Positions 8,030 to 15,863 of a stretch of DNA of 46,369 nt are shown one piece after another. Below the pieces are notes generated by a model. The model ran no database searches, was not told the origin of the DNA, and saw only the letters and a list, made by a program, of their open reading frames with translations. The number at the start of each line of letters is the position of its first letter. Positions within the stretch are counted from its first letter, which is position 1. The stretch is from a virus, in the IMG/VR virus record IMGVR_UViG_3300003322_000100, positions 1 to 46,369 of that record; one strand, given 5' to 3'. The translations under genes and the position numbers were made by a program.

Positions 8030-8808
8030 GCGGTCGTCTGACCGGCCGAATTGGCGGCGACCCGATAGACGCCCACACCCTGGACGCCCGCCCACTTGTC
8101 GCCGAAACCGGCCGCCTTGCCGTCCACGAACTTCCGGCAGGCGAAGAACTTCGGATCATTCGGCGTGTTCTTCTTGCTCCGATCCGTCGCCGTGCTGGCG
8201 ATGGCCGAAACCGACTTCATCAGCTTGGCGAGCGTGTTCTCGCCCGTGACCGGGACGAAGATCGCGGCGCCGAGCGGCATCTGGTCCAGCGGCAGATTGG
8301 AACGCTTGCCGCGTCCGCCGCCCGCCGCAGCCGGCGGGGTCAGGCCCATGACGAAATCGAAGCCGCCGGGCGGGACCACCGCGACCGGTTCCCGCGTCTG
8401 CGGGGCCGGCGCCGGCTGTGGCGCCGCCGGGGCGGAAGCGACGGGAGCGGGAGCCGGAGCGGGCACAGGGGCCGGGACGGGAGCCGGCGCCGCCGGAACC
8501 GGGGCGGGGGCGGGCGCCTGCATGGCGGCGAGCGTCGCGGTGCCGAGGTCGGTCAGGATGGCCGGAAAATTGCCGGAGGCATCCGGCGTCGCGAAGTTCA
8601 CGTCCACATAGCCGGCGAGCGCGTCCGCCACGTCCTTGCCGATCATCGCATACTGGCCAGCGGCATTGACGCCCTGGATATGGACCAGCCACTTGCCGCC
8701 ATTCTCGTCCAGCGGCGCCGGGGTCGGAGCGGGAGCGGCCGGGGTTTCGGCCGGGGTCGTGGTCGTCACGGTCTGATTTCCCCTCTTGCTGTTGGAGGCT
8801 TTCGCCAT
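8026..8808 (-). CDS. Hypothetical two-domain protein with a central Pro/Ala linker (orphan, GC-rich)
   Basis: 260 aa ORF with ATG start and AAAGGA 9 nt upstream. PAPAPVPAAPAPVPAPVPAPAPAPV tract at about 8398-8520. Followed by a 190-nt non-coding stretch and a strong terminator. Confidence 0.75.
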   Translation of the reverse strand: MAKASNSKRGNQTVTTTTPAETPAAPAPTPAPLDENGGKWLVHIQGVNAAGQYAMIGKDVADALAGYVDVNFATPDASGNFPAILTDLGTATLAAMQAPAPAPVPAAPAPVPAPVPAPAPAPVASAPAAPQPAPAPQTREPVAVVPPGGFDFVMGLTPPAAAGGGRGKRSNLPLDQMPLGAAIFVPVTGENTLAKLMKSVSAIASTATDRSKKNTPNDPKFFACRKFVDGKAAGFGDKWAGVQGVGVYRVAANSAGQTTA

Positions 8809-8851
8809 TGTCTGATGTCCTTTATCTGGAATAAACGCGGTTGACGATTGG

Positions 8852-8880
8852 AAGGTATGACGCCTAATTCAGCGTGTCAA
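8852..8880 (-). promoter_or_regulatory. Candidate promoter TTGACA-17 nt-TACCTT upstream of gene 8026..8808
   Basis: Perfect -35 and a weak -10 (T1, A2, T6 kept). Lies at the 3' end of gene 8864..9274. Confidence 0.3.
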
Positions 8881-9274
8881 CCTTCTTTTTGCGGGTTGTC
8901 CGCTTTTTCTTCATAGCCGCTTTCGCGGCGAGCGAACGACGGAGCGAAAGCCGCTGCCAATCCAGAATGGGCAGGACGCGCGGCGACCACCCCATAGCGG
9001 CAAGCGTCATGCCGGCTGCCCATTGCGCATTGCGGCGCGGCATATCGGCCAGGATATGAGAACGCATTTCCCCAGGCGTCATCATCCATGTGGCGCCGAG
9101 ACTGACCATTTTGTCGCGGAAAGTATATTTCTTCGGCGGATTGGTTCGAAGGTCATAAGCGAAATCGATTTTTTCGAAGATATCGCTCATTTTCGTCGGC
9201 CCCATGCTGTATTTGCTGATGAAATCCACCGCCCTTTGTACGTCAAGCGGAAGGTCAGATAGTTTACCGCTCAT
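8864..9274 (-). CDS. Hypothetical protein with basic C-terminus
   Basis: 136 aa ORF. ATGA overlap with the upstream gene. K/R-rich tail KKKRTTRKKK. Confidence 0.6.
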   Translation of the reverse strand: MSGKLSDLPLDVQRAVDFISKYSMGPTKMSDIFEKIDFAYDLRTNPPKKYTFRDKMVSLGATWMMTPGEMRSHILADMPRRNAQWAAGMTLAAMGWSPRVLPILDWQRLSLRRSLAAKAAMKKKRTTRKKKVDTLN

Positions 9275-9603
9275 TTCCCCTCCATCATTCTGTGTTTTGC
9301 CCGCTCCAAGAGAAAGACCGCAACGGCCTTATCCTTGGTAGCGTTAAAGAACGAGTAACCCTCGCCGTTGTCCGTCGAAAACGTCACCACGGCGTCAGTG
9401 ACGTTTCTTGTACCATTGTCAATATCCCTAAGCAAGGCGATAAGCATATCCCGAGGTGTCCAGTCAGCGCTATTCTCGGAACGTTCGGCCCTGATTTCGT
9501 TCAGGCTGACTGGAGCATTGGCGAATGATGACCCAATTGCGCCGCCGCAAGGTGCCCCCGGCATAATCGCCATGCCGGGGATGATGTCGGTTTCATCGCT
9601 CAT
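9271..9603 (-). CDS. Hypothetical protein
   Basis: 110 aa ORF with ATGA overlaps at both ends. Confidence 0.6.
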   Translation of the reverse strand: MSDETDIIPGMAIMPGAPCGGAIGSSFANAPVSLNEIRAERSENSADWTPRDMLIALLRDIDNGTRNVTDAVVTFSTDNGEGYSFFNATKDKAVAVFLLERAKHRMMEGK

Positions 9604-10163
9604 GCCGTTGTCGCCTTATCTGCCCTGGCGAGCCATCCGTCGCGGCTGTCGCCAAGCCGTTTGTCCATTTCCTCCATCGTTTCCGGATGAAGGTGCATAT
9701 CGTGGGCGAGGCGCCGATAGACGTTTTCCCACCATTCGCCGATATCGTCTTCTGGATGTTTGTATCCGACGATTTCGGCTGAATGCATGAAATGCATCTG
9801 GAAATGGTGGGGAAGACTATCCAGGCTTTTAAGATAGGCATCCACCCAATAATCCATGGCGGCTTGCCACGTAAAATGCGTAGCATCGGGTGTATTAATG
9901 GCAGAATATTTATATGCGCCTCCGTCCCGAGGATAGATAATGTCGAGACTGGCACCGAGAAATGATCCGCCGTCGTTGTGCCAGGGATTATTAATCACCC
10001 GGCCTTCGAATGATGACAGCAGGATACAGCGGCGATACCAACGGAGAAGGTATTTCGTCGGACCGTATTTCGCCTCTCCGTCCGGCCCGCGAACCGCCGT
10101 CAGCAGAACCGATTGCTGCATGAACGGAAGTTCCATTACCCACGGTTGAAGAACAGATGTCAT
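9600..10163 (-). CDS. Hypothetical protein
   Basis: Start moved to ATG 10163 (MTSVLQPWVMELPF...), which forms an ATGA overlap with the stop of 10160..10381. 187 aa. Confidence 0.6.
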   Translation of the reverse strand: MTSVLQPWVMELPFMQQSVLLTAVRGPDGEAKYGPTKYLLRWYRRCILLSSFEGRVINNPWHNDGGSFLGASLDIIYPRDGGAYKYSAINTPDATHFTWQAAMDYWVDAYLKSLDSLPHHFQMHFMHSAEIVGYKHPEDDIGEWWENVYRRLAHDMHLHPETMEEMDKRLGDSRDGWLARADKATTA

Positions 10164-10381
10164 CGCCGTATTCCTCTCTCCCGTTCGGCTTCCGCTTCTT
10201 TGTAAAGACGCCAACATTCGCTGAAATTCTCGGAATGATAGCTGATAGCGTCGAAACGCTTATCATCCATATATTCTGCACCAGCTTTGCAGGCTGCCGC
10301 CAACTCGCCCAAGGCGGCTTTAGCATGAAGGTACATGCCATTCGCCTTAGCCGCCAATTCATCCTGTTTCGTCATCTTCAT
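10160..10381 (-). CDS. Hypothetical small helical protein
   Basis: 73 aa ORF. TAATG overlap with the upstream gene. Confidence 0.55.
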   Translation of the reverse strand: MKMTKQDELAAKANGMYLHAKAALGELAAACKAGAEYMDDKRFDAISYHSENFSECWRLYKEAEAERERGIRR

Positions 10382-10725
10382 TATCGTTTCCTTTCCGAAT
10401 AGTCAAGAATGATACCCATAGCATCAAGACGTTCCTTAAGCCGCGCCTTATTTTCCTCCAATCGACGCTTAGCCACGTCTATAGTTTCCGATTGCATTAC
10501 AGCTTGCCGATTGCTGTTGACGAATTCACCGAAAATGCCGGTAACATCCTCGATATGCGGCTTTTGCATTGTTTTGCCTCCTACATGGGATAAATCCGTA
10601 AAACCGGGTGTATTATGCGCCGATTGAACGGCCTTATCAAGCCGTTCTTTCGTCATGTTCGGAGGTTTGAAATCAGTCGGCAGTCTAATGTTCTGCCATC
10701 GGTTTTTACGCGACACTATTAACAT
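10381..10725 (-). CDS. Hypothetical protein (start uncertain)
   Basis: 114 aa ORF. ATG at 10725 overlaps the nuclease gene end by 20 nt. An internal ATG (MTKERLDK) is possible. Confidence 0.5.
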   Translation of the reverse strand: MLIVSRKNRWQNIRLPTDFKPPNMTKERLDKAVQSAHNTPGFTDLSHVGGKTMQKPHIEDVTGIFGEFVNSNRQAVMQSETIDVAKRRLEENKARLKERLDAMGIILDYSERKR

Positions 10726-11314
10726 ACGACGTAACAGCGTCCGCCGCCTCTATCCAGTTATAAACTAATTTTACAGAATATCCGGCGTTTGTCAGATAAT
10801 CCGCCCAATCGACTTGTTCATCAGAACGACCACCGTTCTTTCGTGTTCGATACATTTCCTTCTTAAATTCCAGATACAGACCGCAATAAGCAATATGACC
10901 ACTTGCTTTCCACCCTCTGCGAGGAAGGAATACATCCGGCACGCCCGTCTTAACGCCTTCCGCCCGAAGCTGGCCGGCTGTCACCTTGTCGCGCTGCCCA
11001 CCGTTGGGGATCGCGTGCAGCCGCGTCAGGACAGGCACCGGGAACGGGATAAACCCGAAGCCGTGCGATCCCGCCGGCTGGCCGTGCTTGGCGATATAGT
11101 CGGCCACAGCCCGGTAGCTGCCTTCATGGGCAGCGGCGGCATATCCGAACCTCGCCGCGAAATTCGCCCAACAGAAAAAGGCCGCTTGGTGGGAATGCTC
11201 GGTTTCCCCCGCAAGCGACCATGGCGTGTAAATGTGCGGTGTCTTCTTCGGCCGCTCTTTCCGCTTATTAGCCGGATCAAGCGACGGATGAAAGGGTGTC
11301 TTATTGGAGTCCAT
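10706..11314 (-). CDS. VRR-NUC-like nuclease
   Basis: GVPDVFLP...GLYLEFKKE...SDEQVDWADYLTNAGYSV resembles the D..ExK..Q..W core of VRR-NUC. Start placed at ATG 11314, preceded by AGGAAGGA. Confidence 0.6.
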   Translation of the reverse strand: MDSNKTPFHPSLDPANKRKERPKKTPHIYTPWSLAGETEHSHQAAFFCWANFAARFGYAAAAHEGSYRAVADYIAKHGQPAGSHGFGFIPFPVPVLTRLHAIPNGGQRDKVTAGQLRAEGVKTGVPDVFLPRRGWKASGHIAYCGLYLEFKKEMYRTRKNGGRSDEQVDWADYLTNAGYSVKLVYNWIEAADAVTSYVNSVA

Positions 11315-11489
11315 CTTTTTCCTTCCTGGCATCAATCAGGCGGAATTCTCGCATCGGCTGTAACTTCTCCAGCCGTTCTTTATACGCTTCTGCGTCCGCC
11401 TTGTCCGTAAAAGCGCCGAATAGATACCAGAAGCCACGGCCTTTCGGGCGGCCCCTGACGATGAATGGTGACTTTGCGCGGCCGGTCAT
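11301..11489 (-). CDS. Hypothetical small protein
   Basis: ATG 11489 forms an ATGA overlap with the upstream stop. 62 aa. Confidence 0.5.
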   Translation of the reverse strand: MTGRAKSPFIVRGRPKGRGFWYLFGAFTDKADAEAYKERLEKLQPMREFRLIDARKEKDGLQ

Positions 11490-11689
11490 TTGGTCAGCAG
11501 CCAATTGCACAGTGCAACGGCATTCTGCCGGCTGATGTTGATTTCGGCCGTTTCGAGACCGTCATACAGTATCAGAGTAAAGAAGCCGTCAAGACCGTCT
11601 TCTTTCTTTTGAACAGTAAAATGACCGTCCCGCGTACAACCCGGAACCTGAATTTCCGGAATAGACAGATTATTGGCGTCACCAATCAT
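11486..11689 (-). CDS. Hypothetical small protein
   Basis: ATG 11689 forms an ATGA overlap with the upstream stop. 67 aa. Confidence 0.5.
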   Translation of the reverse strand: MIGDANNLSIPEIQVPGCTRDGHFTVQKKEDGLDGFFTLILYDGLETAEINISRQNAVALCNWLLTK

Positions 11690-11892
11690 GTCGCGTATTC
11701 CTCCACATTGATACACGATACAAGTTCACATCCTCTAGGCGCCTGTCCGGATATCCGTAAAGCGCGCTTGGCAGCGGAAACAGCAGCAAGCCGGTTCCGC
11801 TGCCTGGAATAATGCTCGACCATATTACCGGCTGGTGTCCGGAAGGTCAAATGCCACCGGATATGGTCACCATTCGTCCAGCGCCCGCCCAT
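11686..11892 (-). CDS. Hypothetical small protein
   Basis: ATG 11892 lies 2 nt after the upstream TAG. 68 aa (MGGRWTNGDHIRWHL...). Confidence 0.5.
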   Translation of the reverse strand: MGGRWTNGDHIRWHLTFRTPAGNMVEHYSRQRNRLAAVSAAKRALRISGQAPRGCELVSCINVEEYAT

Positions 11893-11894
11893 AT

Positions 11895-12125
11895 CTAGCG
11901 GCCAAGCGCCCGGTTGAGCGTTTCCCTCTCCTGCTTGGCACGTTCGGCGCCACCGTACAGGGCATCCGCCATGACGCGGGCGTGTTCGATGCCCAAGGCT
12001 GTGATCGCCCGCCAGCCATGGCCCCACGGCTGTACCCGGCCACCTTGTTCCCGGAACATCTCGTCCGTCTTAACGAACCATGCCGCGCCGTTGTAATGCA
12101 CCCAATAAATGCCGTATCCGCTCAT
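11895..12125 (-). CDS. Hypothetical small protein
   Basis: ATG 12125 (MSGYGIYWVHYNG...). 76 aa; packed 10 nt after the upstream stop. Confidence 0.5.
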   Translation of the reverse strand: MSGYGIYWVHYNGAAWFVKTDEMFREQGGRVQPWGHGWRAITALGIEHARVMADALYGGAERAKQERETLNRALGR

Positions 12126-12135
12126 GTCTACACCC

Positions 12136-12375
12136 CTACGGATGAAGGCGGGTTGGCGCATCTTCCTCGGTAACCTGCCGAAGATATTCCGCCGCTTCCG
12201 CTTCGGTTGCGAAATAGTCACTGTCGCGCGACCCGGCGTCCTGGAAGCCTGCCGGATCATTGTACAGCGTCCCGACGTACCAGCCGGCAGCCGACCGAAG
12301 AACCATCAAGTCGGTATAGCGGCCTTTATCGTCCTCTTTGATGTAAGAGGCATCGTTGACCATCGGTGATTTCAT
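12136..12375 (-). CDS. Hypothetical small protein
   Basis: ATG 12375 (MKSPMVNDASY...). 79 aa; starts 4 nt after the upstream stop. Confidence 0.5.
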   Translation of the reverse strand: MKSPMVNDASYIKEDDKGRYTDLMVLRSAAGWYVGTLYNDPAGFQDAGSRDSDYFATEAEAAEYLRQVTEEDAPTRLHP

Positions 12376-12379
12376 ACGC

Positions 12380-12613
12380 TCATTCTCCCGTATAGAGTAG
12401 GGGATAAAACTCCCGCCACCATGGATGGCTGAACAGCATCCCGGCAATGGTGCCGAGCGACATGGTGTCGCGGTGGAAGATCATGGCTCCGTATGTCCAT
12501 GTCGGACGTGCCGAGAACGGAATGTCCAGAAAATCTGAACATTCCAGAATAGCCGAGAGGAACCTATTCCAAAAAGCCGCCTTCGGTTGCGGCATCATCA
12601 CTTCGCCTTCCAT
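12380..12613 (-). CDS. Hypothetical small protein
   Basis: 77 aa ORF. First gene after promoter 12646-12674; AGGA 9 nt upstream of the ATG. Confidence 0.55.
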   Translation of the reverse strand: MEGEVMMPQPKAAFWNRFLSAILECSDFLDIPFSARPTWTYGAMIFHRDTMSLGTIAGMLFSHPWWREFYPLLYTGE

Positions 12614-12645
12614 GTCGAGTGTCCTTGCTAGGTGTCTATAACCTT

Positions 12646-12674
12646 AATATAGGCGTTAATTGTCCGCCTGTCAA
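12646..12674 (-). promoter_or_regulatory. Early sigma70-type promoter TTGACA-17 nt-TATATT
   Basis: Read on the minus strand in an intergenic gap. The -35 element embeds the TGA stop of the upstream gene. Confidence 0.7.
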
Positions 12675-12880
12675 CCCTCCGGAATGATCTTAATTGCCTG
12701 AATTTCGTGGGCCAGCTTACGGAGAATTTCCGCCTCATACCGATATGCTACACGATCTTTAATCGTCACCTGCATTCGGGCGAAGGTGTCCGCTGAAATC
12801 GATTTGGCGATAAGTAAGTCCACCAACTCGCCTTTGAATTCCTCCGCCGTCCTGGCAAGGCTAGTCAACTTAACAGTCAT
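12671..12880 (-). CDS. Hypothetical small protein
   Basis: Start moved to ATG 12880 (MTVKLTSLARTAEEF...). 69 aa. The upstream part of the long ORF looks non-coding (R/G/W-rich). Confidence 0.5.
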   Translation of the reverse strand: MTVKLTSLARTAEEFKGELVDLLIAKSISADTFARMQVTIKDRVAYRYEAEILRKLAHEIQAIKIIPEG

Positions 12881-13115
12881 GGAGAACGCTCCCCATGATG
12901 GGCCAAACCGCCGGCTGCGGCCGGCGCCAGATGCACAGTTCCCGGCCCGTGGCAATGTCCACCAGCCGGGTTTCCAGGGCATGGCGAAACTTCGCCTGTT
13001 CGCTTGCCGCCTGTTCCTCGGCACGGTCCCGATGGGTATGTTCGGACAGCTTATGCCAATTGCTGGCGTTGATTGCCCGATATTCCACCCGGAATTTGAA
13101 GTCGATTTTCCACAT
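12870..13115 (-). CDS. Hypothetical small protein
   Basis: ATG 13115 (MWKIDFKFRVEY...) preceded by GGAGGA. 81 aa. Confidence 0.55.
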   Translation of the reverse strand: MWKIDFKFRVEYRAINASNWHKLSEHTHRDRAEEQAASEQAKFRHALETRLVDIATGRELCIWRRPQPAVWPIMGSVLHDC

Positions 13116-13178
13116 ATCACTATCCTCCATCTGGTCAATTAGCCGGCTATCTCTGACATAGCCGGCATGTTGAACAGA

Positions 13179-13403
13179 CTAGCCGCCAACGTGACGATAA
13201 TGAAGTTGTTCACCTTCGTCGTTATAGCAGGACAAGGTACAAGAAAACGTTGCGCCCCGCTGAACGCGGCCTTTCGCATATTCCCATGCAGAAGAAGCCA
13301 ATGATGCCGTATTGTGTTCCCTGACATAACTCTGGCCGTCCTTATCCTCCCGGATTTCCCACCAAGTAACAGGACGGCCCCACAGTTCCGGCTCAATAGA
13401 CAT
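13179..13403 (-). CDS. Hypothetical small protein
   Basis: ATG 13403 (MSIEPELWG...) preceded by GGAGG. 74 aa; first gene after promoter 13430-13458. Confidence 0.55.
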   Translation of the reverse strand: MSIEPELWGRPVTWWEIREDKDGQSYVREHNTASLASSAWEYAKGRVQRGATFSCTLSCYNDEGEQLHYRHVGG

Positions 13404-13429
13404 ATACACCTCCATTTCTGACAAGGCGG

Positions 13430-13458
13430 ATATTAACCCGCCTTGTCCGGTTTGTCAA
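13430..13458 (-). promoter_or_regulatory. Early promoter TTGACA-17 nt-TAATAT
   Basis: Intergenic. The -10 lies in the loop of an 8-bp inverted repeat CAAGGCGG/CCGCCTTG (13422-13445), a possible operator. Confidence 0.65.
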
Positions 13459-13461
13459 ACC

Positions 13462-13644
13462 TTAATATTCTTCCATCCGGTTACCTTCCGAATTGAACAG
13501 GCTGTCCCGGCGAACGACGATTGACGTTTCATCGGTGAAATAGATCCGATAATACTCGCCGCCGTTGACATACTCCACAATCATGTTGCGGACGGTACGG
13601 CCGATCATTTCAGTCATATCGGTGAAAACTACGGTCTTGGGCAT
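13462..13644 (-). CDS. Hypothetical small protein
   Basis: 60 aa ORF with GGAGG upstream. The only gene between two promoters. Confidence 0.5.
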   Translation of the reverse strand: MPKTVVFTDMTEMIGRTVRNMIVEYVNGGEYYRIYFTDETSIVVRRDSLFNSEGNRMEEY

Positions 13645-13672
13645 CTACGCCTCCATCGTTTCGACACTTCTT

Positions 13673-13701
13673 ATATAGGCCATATCCGACCATCCGTCAA
13701 G
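13673..13701 (-). promoter_or_regulatory. Early promoter TTGACG-17 nt-TATATA
   Basis: Intergenic, immediately after the HNH gene stop. Confidence 0.7.
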
Positions 13702-13703
13702 CC

Positions 13704-14099
13704 CTAAAGCGCCGGATAAATCACTCCATCCATAATTTCGTACCCATCGCCCTTTATCCCGAGATAGCCTAGCATGACAGCCGCTTCCATCCCGTTCGGC
13801 TGCCAAAAGATACTAAACCGCTCCCTAAGTCCGGGAATAGTGTGCGACCATCCACAGACAAATTCGTAAATAGTCATGTCCGCTTTGCGGTTATTACACC
13901 GTTCGCAGGCGGCGACGATATTATCCCTTACTTCGCTACCACCCCGAGAACGAGGTATCTTGTGATCCCGCGTCGGATTGGTATCGCCGCGACTATGGCC
14001 ATTATATGTGAATAGCCTATTGCAGTAAAAACACCTTCCTTTCTGCCGATCAATATAGCCTTGAAGCGTACTATTGACCTTGATACGTCCGCGCGGCAT
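13704..14099 (-). CDS. HNH endonuclease
   Basis: CFYCN...TRDHKIPRSRGG...AACERCNNRK matches the Cys-box plus His-Asn-His core of HNH nucleases. 131 aa. Confidence 0.85.
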   Translation of the reverse strand: MPRGRIKVNSTLQGYIDRQKGRCFYCNRLFTYNGHSRGDTNPTRDHKIPRSRGGSEVRDNIVAACERCNNRKADMTIYEFVCGWSHTIPGLRERFSIFWQPNGMEAAVMLGYLGIKGDGYEIMDGVIYPAL

Positions 14100-14308
14100 C
14101 AGTCAAACAATCCGGCAACGTAGTTTCGCGCTTCGTCATCCTCAAATGCCGAATTGTCGAGATATCGCGTCTCGTTCTCATTGATCGTATCTCGGCATTC
14201 ATCCGAGCAATACAACCTATTACGTCGGCCCCGGCCACCTTCCGGCAGACGACATCCGCAATTACGGCAGAACATAGCCTTGTAATTACGCTTGACCTTG
14301 GAAACCAT
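14099..14308 (-). CDS. Small zinc-ribbon-like protein
   Basis: 69 aa. CRNCGC...CSDEC Cys pairs. TGATG overlap with the HNH gene. Confidence 0.55.
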   Translation of the reverse strand: MVSKVKRNYKAMFCRNCGCRLPEGGRGRRNRLYCSDECRDTINENETRYLDNSAFEDDEARNYVAGLFD

Positions 14309-14320
14309 CCTTTCTTTCCT

Positions 14321-14542
14321 TCAAAAGCGATGATGGGAGTAGCTTACTGCGCCTTTAAGTGTCCGTCGATACCGCTCATGCAGGTATTCAGCGAGGATAT
14401 CGTACCGCGCCAATTCTAGCTGGACGTACAGGGCCGCCAAGGCGACGGCATCGGGGATGTCAAGCCCTTCGCCCAAGGCGGCCCACAGGGCACGGCTGCG
14501 GGCACGCAGGGCCATGCAGCGGGCGAGGCGGGGCGATGCCAT
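14321..14542 (-). CDS. Hypothetical small protein
   Basis: 73 aa ORF. TAATG overlap with the upstream gene. Confidence 0.5.
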   Translation of the reverse strand: MASPRLARCMALRARSRALWAALGEGLDIPDAVALAALYVQLELARYDILAEYLHERYRRTLKGAVSYSHHRF

Positions 14543-14745
14543 TACCTGCCTGCCAATCTGCGCCTAAGCGCGCCAACAGGTATGCCGTTCTCCCTGGCAA
14601 TAGTCCGAATTCGCCTATTTTCCGAGTATTCGCTAATCCAAGCCGCAACTCGGCGACACGCTTCTTTTTCGCCGTCTTCGCCTTCATTGATGTCAAGCCA
14701 CCCTATGGCAACATCAAAATCTTCCTCAGACGGAATATCGGCCAT
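14542..14745 (-). CDS. Hypothetical small acidic protein
   Basis: 67 aa ORF with ATG start. Confidence 0.5.
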   Translation of the reverse strand: MADIPSEEDFDVAIGWLDINEGEDGEKEACRRVAAWISEYSENRRIRTIARENGIPVGALRRRLAGR

Positions 14746-14769
14746 ATCCTTAACTCCACAGATTGAGTG

Positions 14770-15015
14770 TCAGAGGTAGTTAAACAAAACACCCGCCCCG
14801 GTATCCTGACGGCGGTAATTCAACAGATTAAGCGCCTTCTGAATGGCAACATCGTCGCCGCTATCAATGATCCCTGTGAAGGCATGACCATTCGCACCGC
14901 GCAGGAAAACTGACTTACCATCGCCTCGAATAACCCGAACGTTACCGACATTAGTCCAGTAGTAGACCCGATAAGCGCTGGTCACATAATACGGGTGAAT
15001 GTCCATGGCAGGCAT
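14770..15015 (-). CDS. Hypothetical small protein
   Basis: 81 aa ORF. First gene after promoter 15042-15070, with GGAGA upstream. Confidence 0.55.
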   Translation of the reverse strand: MPAMDIHPYYVTSAYRVYYWTNVGNVRVIRGDGKSVFLRGANGHAFTGIIDSGDDVAIQKALNLLNYRRQDTGAGVLFNYL

Positions 15016-15041
15016 TTGTCTATCTCCGTCTTGATGTTCCT

Positions 15042-15070
15042 TATATAGAAGGGATTGACCGGATTGTCAA
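15042..15070 (-). promoter_or_regulatory. Early promoter TTGACA-17 nt-TATATA (continues AGGAACATC)
   Basis: Intergenic. The 15-nt TATATAAGGAACATC is identical to the site at 15401. Confidence 0.75.
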
Positions 15071-15086
15071 CCCCTTATTTTCATCC

Positions 15087-15371
15087 TTATTTCGTTTCAT
15101 CCCATTTTTCGTTGTAAGCCTTAACCGGCTCTAGTCCCTTTTCTTTACGAATGATATTCCGACGTTCAAGATAAATGTCACAGCAATGCGCACAACGATG
15201 TTCTTCCGGGATCTTCTTCCATTCGCCCAATTTCATAATCTGGGATCCCATACCGACGTAGGAGCGACGGTTATTATTGACTACCGTTCCATTTGCGGTC
15301 AGGCGGGTGGAACACATTGCCATCGGTTCCCGACGAAGACCCGCATTCCCTTGCAAGTGAACCTTAGCCAT
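15087..15371 (-). CDS. Small Cys-containing protein
   Basis: Start placed at ATG 15371 (MAKVHLQ...) behind GGAGATGG; ATGs at 15383/15377 are also possible. Contains CAHCC motif. Confidence 0.5.
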   Translation of the reverse strand: MAKVHLQGNAGLRREPMAMCSTRLTANGTVVNNNRRSYVGMGSQIMKLGEWKKIPEEHRCAHCCDIYLERRNIIRKEKGLEPVKAYNEKWDETK

Positions 15372-15400
15372 TTCCATCTCCATCGTTATCCGATGTTCCT

Positions 15401-15429
15401 TATATACGCCGTCCTTTCCGTCCTGTCAA
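15401..15429 (-). promoter_or_regulatory. Early promoter TTGACA-17 nt-TATATA (continues AGGAACATC)
   Basis: Intergenic. The -35 element embeds the TGA stop of gene 15426..15620. Confidence 0.75.
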
Positions 15430-15620
15430 TCCTGTTTTCGCATACTTGATCTACATTTCTTGCAATCGACTCGACTCCGGTTATCCGTCGCCTCAAACCG
15501 ATTGCATTGCGCAGTATCGTACTCATGCGGCCAGCCGGTATAATATCCGATTTTACCACAAAATGTCGTAATTAGATCCTTATTTGTCGGTGATTGTTCC
15601 TTTATCCCGTGAATAACCAT
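15426..15620 (-). CDS. Small zinc-ribbon-like protein
   Basis: 64 aa with four Cys, including CKKC near the C-terminus. Confidence 0.5.
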   Translation of the reverse strand: MVIHGIKEQSPTNKDLITTFCGKIGYYTGWPHEYDTAQCNRFEATDNRSRVDCKKCRSSMRKQD

Positions 15621-15629
15621 AGCTGTCTC

Positions 15630-15839
15630 CTACTTGTCAATATTTTCCCTTCCATCATATCTAGTATAGATAAAGTTTCTTTCCGCATAAATACGTGGAA
15701 ATACTGCTGGCCAATAATATCCATATTTATCCTTATATTCAAACACAATCTTGTCACCGTCAATAAATCCGCAATGCCAGCGATTACCGCTGACAATGCT
15801 TTCATAGTTTCCACCAACATGGAATTCCTGCTGTGCCAT
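15630..15839 (-). CDS. Hypothetical small protein
   Basis: 69 aa ORF with GGAGG upstream. Confidence 0.5.
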   Translation of the reverse strand: MAQQEFHVGGNYESIVSGNRWHCGFIDGDKIVFEYKDKYGYYWPAVFPRIYAERNFIYTRYDGRENIDK

Positions 15840-15863
15840 AGCCCGATCCTCCAGTGCTGCCCA

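Noticed and set aside
8096-8692. ORFs 8096..8611 (+), 8156..8692 (-) and 8418..8669 (+) overlapping the Pro/Ala-rich orphan gene
   Set aside because: Same artefact of GC-rich repetitive codons. The translations are Arg/Gly/Ala strings, whereas the sense ORF 8026..8808 has globular-looking domains and a proper start context.
8821-8826. Alignment of GATAAAGGACATC upstream of gene 8026..8808 with the conserved TATATAAGGAACATC early-promoter core
   Set aside because: No acceptable -35 lies 17 nt upstream. Here the AAGGA sits 9 nt from the ATG, so it is better explained as the Shine-Dalgarno sequence.
12671-13396. Long forms of ORFs 12671..13138 and 13139..13396
   Set aside because: Their upstream portions overlap better-supported genes in other frames (12870..13115 and 13179..13403, both with GGAGG sites) and translate to Arg/Gly/Trp-rich sequence. 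Only the 3' part 12671..12880 is kept.
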